This document shows positions 14,031 through 25,866 of a stretch of DNA of 64,000 nucleotides, piece by piece; position 1 is the stretch's first letter, and each line of letters begins with the position of its first letter. The position numbers and the translations under genes were made by a program. The stretch is from Octopus sinensis (lineage: Eukaryota). Under the pieces are notes generated by a model. It was not told the DNA's origin. It did not search any database and saw only the letters and a program-made list of their open reading frames with translations. The stretch covers positions 109,926,001-109,990,000 of the forward strand of contig NC_042997.1 of NCBI RefSeq assembly GCF_006345805.1, given 5' to 3'.

Positions 14031-14266
14031 AAAGGCGACAAGCTGGCATGAACGTTAGCACGCCGGGCGAAATGCGTAGCCGTATTTCGTCTGCCGTTAC
14101 GTTCTGAGTTTAAATTCCGCCCAGGTCGACTTTGCCTTTCATCCTTTCGGGGTCAATTAAATAAGTACCAGTTACGCACTGGGGTCGATGTAATCGACTT
14201 AATCCGTTTGTTTGTCCTTGTTTGTCCCCTCTGTGTGTAGACCCTTGTGGACAGTAAAGAAATAAG
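14031..14266 (+). mobile_element. Young SINE family A nested in the head of an older family A copy
   Basis: 12-bp TSD aatcgttactat at 14019-14030 and 14267-14278; the host SINE starts near 14003 and resumes to about 14455. Confidence 0.92.
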
Positions 14267-14775
14267 AATCGTTACTATGTCCGGCAAAACGCTCAGCGGC
14301 ATTTCGTCCATCTTTTCGTCCTGAGTTCAAATTCCTGCAAGGTCAATTTTGCCTTTCATCGTTTCGGGGTCGATGATAAAATAAGTACCAGTCCTCCCCC
14401 ACCCCCGAAATTGCAGGCTTTGTGCAAAAATGTGACTCCTCTCTTATTATCATTATCATTGTTGTTGTAGTTGTTGTTATTTACTCCTGTAGATTGGAGA
14501 ACAACATTTGGACGACAGCTTGTGCCCTTGGTGACCAGGATAACCCTAAATCTGTGGGGTTCTTTGATTGGCCTTTGCTGGAGGTTCCGCTTCATCGTAA
14601 CACAAATGTGTCCGCATGTTTTATATACTTTGTATTTCAGTCCCCCCTCTCCTTTGTCCCCCCTCATCTTTAATGTAAACCCCCGCACAAATTGTAAGCG
14701 GTCCTTGTAATGTCCCTCTCATTTTCTGCCCCTGTGGAAAATAAATCATTATCATCATCATCAGGATTATTATTA

Positions 14776-14990
14776 AGGTGGCAGGCTAGCAGAACCGTTA
14801 GCACGCCGGAGAAAAATGCTCGGCGGTATTTCGTTCGGCTTTGCATTCTGAGTTCCACAATACGGCGAAGGTCGACTTTGCCTTTCATCCAATCGGGGTC
14901 GATAAAACAAGTACCAGTTATGTACTGAGGTCGATGTCATTGCCAAGCCCCCTCTCGAAATTTCTGGCCCTGTTCCTAAAGTAGAAGGAA
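14776..14990 (+). mobile_element. SINE family A, diverged
   Basis: aaggtggcaggctagcagaaccgttagcacgccgg head and typical body. Confidence 0.8.
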
Positions 14991-15036
14991 ATATTATTTG
15001 ATTTTCAAGTTGAAGAAGTTGATTATAGCCTGAAAC

Positions 15037-15039
<3 letters not shown>

Positions 15040-15080
<41 letters not shown>

Positions 15081-15208
15081 TCTCTCTCTCTCTCTCACTC
15101 TATCTCTTTATCTCTCTCTCTCTAACAGTTATCACTTTCGTTTTTAGATGTAGTTACTTTTTGTGCCAACAACTAGAGACAAGTTTTATAGGAAGAATGT
15201 ATGTGGGG

Positions 15209-15254
<46 letters not shown>

Positions 15255-15445
15255 GATGTAAAATTTCACAGCTGCTTCACTCAGTTTCCTCGCAGCTAAA
15301 GGCATTTATTAAATGAACTGTTTCTGAATTTGATTATTGTATATCGCTCACAGCTAACTCGACAGACAATGTCCTAATAAACGGACAGGATTTTATATAA
15401 AGTAATAAATAACTCTGTCTGCCTGTCCTTCCGTCCGTCCATCTG

Positions 15446-15520
<75 letters not shown>

Positions 15521-15529
15521 GTCTGCCTG

Positions 15530-15579
<50 letters not shown>

Positions 15580-15625
15580 AATATATATATATTTATCCAT
15601 CCACCTGTCTATCTATCTATTTATC

Positions 15626-15673
<48 letters not shown>

Positions 15674-15675
15674 TG
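15040..15675. repeat. (CT)n, (TG)n, (TATC)n and (TA)n microsatellites
   Basis: Directly visible. Confidence 0.85.
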
Positions 15676-15857
15676 TAGATATATATACCTGTCTAGCGGT
15701 TTGTCTCTGTGTTTCCATCTCAGTTTCATTCAAACAAATAAAAAACGAGATTTTCCTAAGACACAATGCTTTGAGATCGATCTCAGTACTTCTTTCTGCA
15801 AATTTTGGAAATTCTTTGCTCACAGGGACTACGAAGGACCAGAGTCCTGACTAAGCA

Positions 15858-16184
15858 AATAGTTCCGGGTTCAGTCCCACTGCGTGGCACCTTGCACAGG
15901 TGTCTTCTACTATAGCCTCGGGCCGACCAAAGCCTTGTGAGCGGATTTGGGAGACGGAAACTGAAAGAAGCCCGTCGTATAAGTGTCTGTGTGCGTGTGT
16001 GTGTCCACCATCCTTTGGCAACCGATGCTGGTGTGTTTACGTCCCTGTAACTTAGCGGTTCGGCAAAAGTGACCGATAGAATAAGTACTAGCTTCGTAAA
16101 GAATAAGTCCTGGGGTCGATTTGTTCGACTAAAGGCGGTGCTCCAGCATGGTCGCAGTCAAATGATTGAAACAAGTAAAAGAAT
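15858..16184 (+). mobile_element. SINE family C (CORE-like gtggcaccttg motif, internal microsatellite)
   Basis: gttccgggttcagtcccactgcgtggcacc head; tail ggcggtgctccagcatgg.cgcagtcaaatga.tgaaacaagtaaaagaat. Confidence 0.85.
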
Positions 16185-16739
16185 GTGTGTTGTAACACAA
16201 GTCACTCTGACAAGATGTCCCTTAGATTAAAAAATGAAAGTGCTATGGCCTTTCCCCTCCCCGCTAACAACCTTCCTATATTTAGAAGACCATCGATTTT
16301 ATAGAATTCCCTCAGGTCAATGCTGTCAGTTCGAGTAGATATTTCTCGGTCTTCACCTTCTGACTATTGCATTTCTTCTCATGTACTCAAAGAATAGACC
16401 CCCCCCCAACTCCTTCCCATTCGTTTTCGCCGGCGTCGAAAGTCTACAGTCTCTAACGATGAGACCGACCGCAATGTTACATGCAGTTTATTACTTGGAA
16501 ACTTCTTGAAAGACGACATGTAATTCGGTTTAACGAAAACCTAATCGTTGTTTAGAAACTGAATTCGGTCATTCAATAAACCGTGACTGTGAATAGAGGA
16601 GGAGGGCGCACAACATATGCCTTATTCTTTTTCTCATACATGCATACATATATATATATGCATACACACACATATATATACATACATATATATATACATA
16701 CATAGATATATATACATACATATATATATATATTATATA

Positions 16740-17682
16740 TAGATATATATATATATATATATACATATATAAAATGATGATACACAGATAGATACGGTGA
16801 TAAATAGTTAGTGATAGATACACAAATAGAGATAGACAGATAGATAGATAGATAGATAGATAGATATACAAATAGAGATAGATAGATGGATGGATGGATG
16901 TGTGTAGTGTGCGCGTATGAGAGTGTTTGTGCTAACCTGAATATTTGTATGGATGTATACCTGCCTTTAATTACGTCTGCACACAGATGTATTTGAATTA
17001 AATTACTTATAAAGAAGCTTTCTGCATGTGTGTGAGTGTGCCTGTTTATGTGTGTGTATATATATAGATATATGTATGTAGAAAAGGTGAAAGAATTATC
17101 TCTGCAGTTGTACATACCACCATAATCATGCGTACAGTTTCGAATACGTGACCTTAATTTGTCAATTCTAGTTCGTGTATAAAAAGAAGAGTAAGAAAGA
17201 AAAAATGCAATAAATATAAGAGAACAATCAACATTTGGCACAAGCAATTTCTGAAGACTTTCATTTATCAAAAACGGAAGAGAATTTAGCCTTAGACATT
17301 TCCAATTCTCATGGGATCTTCTGTATTTCACTTTCAACTATTTCAAGATGGCGAGCGTTCAGTAATTATCATGTGTGGAAACACTTGTTTACATAATGAT
17401 ATGCATGGGAAAATATATTTGTAAATACATGTGTCTGTGTGTGTGGTGTGTGTGTGTGTGTGTGTGTGTGTGGTGTGTACTCTTTTTTTATTTGTTTCAG
17501 TCATTAGATTGCGGCCATGCTGGGGCACCACGTTGAAGAATTTTAGTTGAACGAATCTTCTCCGGTGCTTCTTGTTTTAAGCCTGGTACTTATTCTACGA
17601 TATCTTTTGCCGAACCGGTTTTAAAGCAGTGGAGGGGGGGGGGGCAAACACAGGCAACAAAGTCACACACACACACACATCG

Positions 17683-17747
<65 letters not shown>

Positions 17748-18408
17748 TAAAATGATGATACACAGATAGATACGGTGATAAATAGTTAGTGATAGATACA
17801 CAAATAGAGATAGACAGATAGATAGATAGATAGATAGATAGATATACAAATAGAGATAGATAGATGGATGGATGGATGTGTGTAGTGTGCGCGTATGAGA
17901 GTGTTTGTGCTAACCTGAATATTTGTATGGATGTATACCTGCCTTTAATTACGTCTGCACACAGATGTATTTGAATTAAATTACTTATAAAGAAGCTTTC
18001 TGCATGTGTGTGAGTGTGCCTGTTTATGTGTGTGTATATATATAGATATATGTATGTAGAAAAGGTGAAAGAATTATCTCTGCAGTTGTACATACCACCA
18101 TAATCATGCGTACAGTTTCGAATACGTGACCTTAATTTGTCAATTCTAGTTCGTGTATAAAAAGAAGAGTAAGAAAGAAAAAATGCAATAAATATAAGAG
18201 AACAATCAACATTTGGCACAAGCAATTTCTGAAGACTTTCATTTATCAAAAACGGAAGAGAATTTAGCCTTAGACATTTCCAATTCTCATGGGATCTTCT
18301 GTATTTCACTTTCAACTATTTCAAGATGGCGAGCGTTCAGTAATTATCATGTGTGGAAACACTTGTTTACATAATGATATGCATGGGAAAATATATTTGT
18401 AAATACAT

Positions 18409-18449
<41 letters not shown>

Positions 18450-18649
18450 CTTTTTTTATTTGTTTCAGTCATTAGATTGCGGCCATGCTGGGGCACCACG
18501 TTGAAGAATTTTAGTTGAACGAATCTTCTCCGGTGCTTCTTGTTTTAAGCCTGGTACTTATTCTACGATATCTTTTGCCGAACCGGTTTTAAAGCAGTGG
18601 AGGGGGGGGGGGCAAACACAGGCAACAAAGTCACACACACACACACATC

Positions 18650-18700
<51 letters not shown>
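16740..18700. repeat. Near-identical tandem duplication, unit about 970 bp
   Basis: aaaatgatgatacacag occurs at 16771 and 17749; the non-microsatellite sequence appears identical by eye; breakpoints lie in (TA)n tracts. Confidence 0.93.
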
Positions 18701-18705
<5 letters not shown>

Positions 18706-18856
18706 GACGAGCTTCCTTCTGTTTCCGTCTATAAATCCACTCTCAAGGCTTTGGTCGGCCTGAGGCTGTAGTAGAAACACTTGGCCAAAGTGCCACGCAG
18801 TGGTACTGAGCCTGGAACCATGTGGTTGGGATGCAAGTTTCCTATCACACAGCCCA
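18445..18856 (-). mobile_element. SINE family C (its 3' half is also copied at about 17475-17690)
   Basis: Tail ttgtttcagtcattagattgcggccatgctgg, internal (CA)/(TA) tract, head ...accatgtggttggg...cacacagcc. Confidence 0.85.
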
Positions 18857-18999
18857 CGTGACCAGTGTTCGGCCAAGCCTGTCCTTTCTCTCTTGGTTCG
18901 GCCGCTGTCCGTGCAATATCTATATTCTTCCCTGTGCCTGTGAAACCTCCTATCCCTGCCGTAAGGCTTTATTTCCACACTCGCCAGCTTAATTTAATT

Positions 19000-19330
19000 C
19001 GTCGTTAGTCGAAAGACACCTGTTGTTATGTCCTGTTATTTGAATTTGTGTAACCTTCTCCGTTTTTTTTTCCCGTCTTTGTTTTCGTATACATTCGCTG
19101 CTTTCTTCCAAGGAATCTAATGCTCTTCGTTTAGTTTTTCCTTGGGACTGGCCAGATTGGAGTAATCTCGAGTATAACCAGCCGCAATTGCAAAGATAAT
19201 CTGGAACTCGGCTGAGGAAAGAAAACTCCGAATAACCCGTCCTTGTTTTCTTTGTATCGATGTTTTGTTGTCCCTTTTTTGTATCACATGTCTGGATGTT
19301 TTTGCGTTCTTGTCCCATTTTGTATTATAT
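19000..19330 (+). mobile_element. Unclassified repeat ending in (TA)n; second copy at 63270-63405 (-)
   Basis: Shared blocks cagccg(c/a)aattgcaaagat, cgaat..cccgtcc and tttgcgttcttgtccca.tttgt. Confidence 0.6.
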
Positions 19331-19363
19331 ATATATATATATATAGCGGCGTACGTACACTTT

Positions 19364-19443
<80 letters not shown>

Positions 19444-19786
19444 GAATACCTACGATCTTTTGATTTCGGAGATTAGTGTGCTAATTGTTCGATGTACAGA
19501 ACTACGTAGCTGAATATTCTTCAGACTTGAGTACCGTTTGCGTAATTCTTAGGCAGAAACTCTGTGATACAGCGTGGGACAAGACTCTCTACATTTGATC
19601 TCCAGCTGCCATTCCAGCGGGTTGTTGCTTCTGGAATTTTCCGCACGAGGTTAGGGTCGATTTGAGGCTGTACTACAACGCTTGACCAAGATACCAAGCA
19701 ATGGAATAGAACCTGGCATATCAGAGTTTGAAAGCAAATTTCTTTAATTTCGCACCTGATTATACACACCCGCCACACACACAGAC

Positions 19787-19895
<109 letters not shown>

Positions 19896-20064
19896 GATAG
19901 ATAGATAGATATGTTAAAGAGTGAATTATCCGTGATTCTGTAAGCATATACAAACACAGATTGCCACTAACCAATGACTTCCCTGAACTTTTGTTCTCCC
20001 CGTCAAAATTCAATTTCCTTTCTGCCTCACGTCCTTTTCTCTTTCCAACACAAAACATCCACAC

Positions 20065-20126
<62 letters not shown>

Positions 20127-20336
20127 CCCTTCTGTTTTTCTTTGATGTAGGGTATTTAATCCAAACTTAAAATTTTTCCTTAAACTTTTTTTTCTCTTTC
20201 TGACTTAAACCTAAGACATAAATCTGAGTTTCCATTATTAGTCGTGGTGTTGTGTGTTTCAATAATAGTCTGCACTACGCGTTGCAGCAGCAGCAGCAGT
20301 GGTAGTAGTAATGAGGGTGATAATTGTAGTAGTAGT

Positions 20337-20378
<42 letters not shown>

Positions 20379-20979
20379 GTGGTGGTGGTGGTGGTATCTC
20401 ATCTTATCTTTCTCCTCATCAGAATCATTATTTGGGAGGTGTTAGATTAGGCACGCTGTATGTTTTGCTTAGATTCAGATTTGGGTTTAGTAATTTGGCG
20501 AAGACGGGTGTTGTCTTGGGAGTTGCTGATTGTTGAGAAAATAAAAGATTGCTTATGTTATTTCTAACGAACATTTTCAGTAAAAAAAAAAAAAAAAGAA
20601 AGGAGATAGGCGAAGAGGAAGCGGTGATAATATTTCTTTCTATCTTATTGTGAATTCTGGTTTTTTCATAGCAACGAGCATAGCAACAGGAAGCTCGTTT
20701 ACCTTGATACCTGCGCAAAGCAAAGGAGGAATCGCTACTTGTCGACCTTACGTTTGAGAGACGTGCATCTCTCTCGTTGATCCAGAGGCTTGGGTTGGGT
20801 TCTTCTAAGAGTCTCTATATCTCTATCGGGCATATTTATTCCCTTCCTTAATCACTCCTGTTTCGTTTAATCTAAGGCGTGAAGTAAATGGGTGAATTGT
20901 TGAGTTCGACTACAGTTGCACTCGAGTGTACGCTTGAGTGTTCACGGGAGTCTTTATCCCAAACATACACACCTACATA

Positions 20980-21075
20980 CATACATACATACATACATAC
21001 ATACATACATAAATACATACATAGATATATATATGTGTGTGTGTGTGTATATATATGTTTACATGATTGTGTGTA

Positions 21076-21108
<33 letters not shown>

Positions 21109-21389
21109 GCATGTGTGTATGTACATAAGAATATATACATGTACATGTATATAAGTATGCATATCTATATATATATATATATACGTGTATGTGTATATAT
21201 ATATATATGCATGTGTGTATGCATATAAGTATATATACATATACACGCATGTGAGTATATATATACATGTGTATATGTATATTAGTATATATATATATAT
21301 ATATATATATGTACGTGTAGGTGTGTATATATATATATATATATATATATGCATGTGTGTATGTATATATATATATACATATGTGTGTA

Positions 21390-21421
<32 letters not shown>

Positions 21422-21430
21422 GATATATAC
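20980..21430. repeat. (CATA)n/(TA)n/(TG)n compound microsatellite
   Basis: Directly visible. Confidence 0.9.
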
Positions 21431-21808
21431 AGATGCAGACGTGTCCATGTTGTTCTTGTACTCAGCATATAAAGTTACTTCTAAAAGCAAATGGATGACC
21501 ATCAGCTTCGGCGATGACCAAAACCTCATCATCGATGAAATTAACCAAATTCTGAATGAGATTAGCTTCTATGTGGCTGAGAAATCCACAGACAAGAGGC
21601 TCCTAAACACGATTGTTAGGTAGACATAATGTTACGCAACGAGTAGCAAGGCTGTATCTTTGAATTCCATGTACCATCCATCCGACAGGGATTCTCTACA
21701 GTTTCCCGTTGCCCAATTTCAACCACAAAGCTTAGGTTTTCCAGAGACTCTAAACCAAAAATCTTTAACGTGCTTCAGTGTGTGTAGGGGGGAATATGCG
21801 AACTTATA

Positions 21809-22041
21809 TATTTCTTTACTGCCCACAAGGGGCTAAACATAGAGGGGACAAACAAGGACAGACAAAGGGATTAAATCGATTACATCGACCCCGGTGCGAA
21901 ACTGGTACTTTATTTATCGACCCCGAAAAGATGAAAGGCGAAGTCGACCTCGGCGGAATTTGAACTTAGAATGTAAGGACAGACGAAATGCTGTTAAGCA
22001 TTTCGCCCGGCGTGCTAAGGTTTCTGCCAGCTCGCCGCCTT
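21809..22041 (-). mobile_element. SINE family A
   Basis: tatttctttactgcccacaagggg tail through ctgccagctcgccgcctt head. Confidence 0.88.
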
Positions 22042-22232
22042 ATGAAGACAATATGTATAACGCTCCGGGACAGCGAGATGTTTCTCTTTGCCGTTTAGAT
22101 GTTTCTGTGAGTCCTCACTTTGCAAAGAGTTTCTCATAACTACTCGCTGTTCATAGCGGGCGGTGACGAGGATCGATCAGTTCCAGTCGAACAAATCGAC
22201 CGTTGTATGTCTTTCGTTTAAGACTGCTACTG

Positions 22233-22503
22233 ATTTTATAGGTCACTTTTTGACAAACTGGTAAGATACGGGGATGTAAACACACCAACACCGGTTGTCA
22301 AGTGGTAGCTGAGGACAAGCACAAAGGCACACACACACACACATATGCGACGGGCATTTTCAGATTCCGTCTACCAAATCTACTCACGAGGCTTTGGTCA
22401 GCTCGAGGCTACAGTAGAAGATACTTGACCAAGGCTCCACGCAGTGGGACTGAACCTGGACCCATATGGTTGGGAAGCAAGCTTCTTACCACACAGCCAC
22501 GTC
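22233..22503 (-). mobile_element. SINE family C, partial
   Basis: gtaaacacaccaacaccggttgtcaag and ttccgtctaccaaatcc motifs; head ends cttaccacacagccac. Confidence 0.8.
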
Positions 22504-22655
22504 TGTATTTATAGGTATTTATATTCCCCACCCACTCTTCATTCTCTATCTCTAATTAGTACAGCTGAGATCAGTTTTTACTTAGATCAGAAGTTGAGTA
22601 ATTTTCTACAGTTGGCCTTGCCTCGGGAGTTTCTCATCCTTGGCAAGAAATGCTT

Positions 22656-22692
<37 letters not shown>

Positions 22693-23221
22693 CCTCCTCT
22701 CTCTCTCTCTCTCAACACAGATGTATAAATGTCTGAATATGCGCGAGAAGTAATGAATGGATATGTTTATATCATGTGTGTTTATTTAGACAAACACATG
22801 CACTCACGAGCACGGGATGAGAAATAGAGAAAGAGAGAGAGAGAGAGAGAGAGACGAAAAGAGATACGCATTCACACACAGACACACATATATACACACG
22901 GACATACACATATGTGTATGTTTCTCTCTGTGTGTGTGTGTGTGTGTGTGTATATATACATACTGATATGTGTATATACATATATGAAGATGCATGTGTG
23001 TGTGTGTATATACACTCGCGATGTTATCTCTCCTATACAACAGAGACGTTTTTTCTTTTTTTCTTATCTTTCCCGACTCGAAAAGTAATTAGTGTATTAA
23101 TATATTTTAGTCATTACACTCTGCTGTCATATTTCAGATTATATCATTGATGTAGTAATTCCACCATTTTCAGTTAGAACTGAAATAGACTAATGGGGCC
23201 TTACGCATGTTTATACGCACA

Positions 23222-23279
<58 letters not shown>

Positions 23280-23659
23280 CGCATACATACATATTGTTGC
23301 CTCCCCCCACACACACATACACACCTTCTTTCTAAGTAGATCTGACTTTAGCATTTAGTGCAACACATTCTTCTGATGTAATCGAGTGTGAAGCGAAAAT
23401 CGTTTGATGAAGACAGCAACGGGAAACGGCAGCAGCAGTAATAACTTATGTTAATGGAGAGAGGAGAGGGGTGGTGGGAGGGACACAGTAACTCGTCATG
23501 GGAGGGTGTGTAAAATGCTGTTTCATGATGGTGACGATGATGATGATTGCTAAAAAGGTGCTGGGAGATACACACACACACACACACACCACACACACAC
23601 ACATACATACACACACATGCAGACAGATAGACATATCTGTGTGTGTGTGTGCTTATCTT

Positions 23660-24360
23660 TTATTCTTTTCCTTGCTTCAGTCATTTGACTGCGGCCATGC
23701 TTGAAGAATTTTAGTCGAACGGATCGGCACCAGTGATTATTCATTTTTATGCCTGGTACTTACTCTATCGGTAGTTTTTTTGTCGAACTGCTAATGCTAG
23801 TGGGATGTAAACACAGCAACACCGGTTGCCAGGTGGCTGTGGAGGACAAACACAGATACAAAGACACACACGAGCATACGATGGGCTTCTTTCGGTTCCC
23901 GTCTACCAAATCCACTTACAAGGCTTTGGTCGACCCGAGGTTATTGAAGAAGGCACTTGCTCATAGTACCACGCAAGGGGACTGAACCCAGAACCATGCG
24001 GTCGGGAAGTAAACTTGTTGTGTGAAACCTGCTTTGCATCCACGTGGTTTCGTGTTCAATCCTAATGTGCGGCACCTTGGTCAAGGTGTCTTCTTCTAAG
24101 CGCCAAGTTGACCAATGTCTTCTGAAATAATCTGCGAGGCGGAAACTGTGGGTAAGCCCGTAGTATGTATGTGTGTGTGCGTGTGTCTCCCGCCCTCATT
24201 GACAACCACTGTTCGTTTACGATTCCGTAACCTTGTGGTTCGACAAAACTGCTCAATGGAATAAGAATCAGGCTTCGGAAAATAAGTGCTGGAATTGATT
24301 CATTCGAACAATTCCTTCAAACTGGTGCCCCGGCATGGCTGCAGCCCAATGAAAGAAACA
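23660..24360. mobile_element. Two family C SINEs back to back (23660-24016 minus, 24018-24360 plus)
   Basis: Reverse-complement tail and head followed immediately by a forward copy (cggcaccttggtcaaggtgtc). Confidence 0.75.
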
Positions 24361-24414
24361 AGTTAATGATGATATATATATATATATATATAATATATAT
24401 ATATAATATATAAT

Positions 24415-24493
<79 letters not shown>

Positions 24494-24519
24494 TATATAT
24501 ATATTATATATATATATAC

Positions 24520-24572
<53 letters not shown>

Positions 24573-24591
24573 ATATATATATATGTATATA

Positions 24592-24752
24592 GGCAGAGGA
24601 TTGGCTGTGTGGTAAGACGTTGGCTTCCAAACCATATGGTTCTGGGTTCAAGTACAACTGCGTAGTACGTTGGTCAAGTGTCTTCTAAATTGCCTCAGCC
24701 AACGAAAGCCTTGTGAATGGATTTGGTAGACGGAAACTGAAAGATGCCCGTC

Positions 24753-24817
<65 letters not shown>

Positions 24818-24965
24818 GTTTGTGTATTTGTGTTTGTCCCCCCACAACCATCGCTTGATAACCAATAGAATAAGTACTAGGCTTACAAAGAATTAGTTCT
24901 CGGATAGATTTGTTCTATTTAAGGCGGTGCTCCAGCATGGCCGCAGTCAAATTACTGAAAGAAGC
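24592..24965 (+). mobile_element. SINE family C with expanded internal (TA)n
   Basis: ttggctgtgtggtaag head, gatttggtagacggaaactgaaag, (TA)n, tail ggcggtgctccagcatggccgcagtc. Confidence 0.85.
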
Positions 24966-25154
24966 ACACGCACACACGTATAGAAAAAGAGATAGAAAGG
25001 AAGAGAGGACGGTGAGAGACAGATTGCATGATGTGTCGTCCTGTGTGTAGGTGGGAACACGTGTCTACCTAATTATGTTTACACACATTGCTGACTAATT
25101 ATTACTTATTAACTCTGTTAATTGGTACGAATTCATAATTTCTACTGCATTTCA

Positions 25155-25395
25155 CGTTGCTCCAGTTCACTCAGCTGTAGAAATGAGTTGCGACGTCACT
25201 GGTGCCAAGCTGTATCGACCTTTGTCTGTCTTTCCCTTGGATAACACTGGTGGCGTGGAGAGGGGAGGCCGGTATGCATGGGCGACTGCTGGTCTTCCAT
25301 AAACAACCTTGCCCGGACTTGTGTCTAGGAGGGTAACTTTCTAGGTGCAATCCCATGGTCATTCATGACCGAAGGGAGTCTTTACCCCTTTACAC
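25155..25395 (+). mobile_element. 5'-truncated family B-related SINE with a distinct tail
   Basis: gttgctccagttcactcagctgtagaaatgagt matches the family B body; tail ccatggtcattcatgaccgaaggg. Confidence 0.6.
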
Positions 25396-25718
25396 CACTG
25401 CTACCTGTCAGAGTTATCTCTCCTTGATTCTCAATAATCTAAATTCTCGTATGTGTAAACTATCTTCTCCTTTATAAATGTCACGTTAACGCGATCTCAT
25501 TGCTGTCCAATCGTTAATTTATGCTCCGTCGGCCATTTTGTCATAGTAAATATTCATTATTTGTCCTTGTATATTCTCATTGAAATGGCTGCCTAAAGAT
25601 AGACATTGTGACGTTCGATGTAAATCATTTTTAACCAGTTTGCAGTAATCTTACCAAGTTATATATTTATGTTTTATTTCTGGATATCGTGTACTTAATC
25701 TCCACCGTTTCTACACAC

Positions 25719-25785
<67 letters not shown>

Positions 25786-25866
25786 TCAAAAGTGAAATAT
25801 AGAATGAATATAATGTATATTCTTAGCTGTTCTCTTATTCCTGTTTTTTGCTTTATTTCTTTTCAG

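Noticed and set aside
16573-18315. Duplicated 254-aa and 241-aa minus-strand ORFs
   Set aside because: They run through microsatellites, show no domain, lie antisense in an intron, and are explained by the tandem duplication.
21441-21623. Short protein-like ORF with AG/GT sites (possible prickle cassette exon 21466-21619)
   Set aside because: 154 nt with phase 1/2 in its open frame does not fit a phase-0 intron, and reading it in phase 0 hits a stop.
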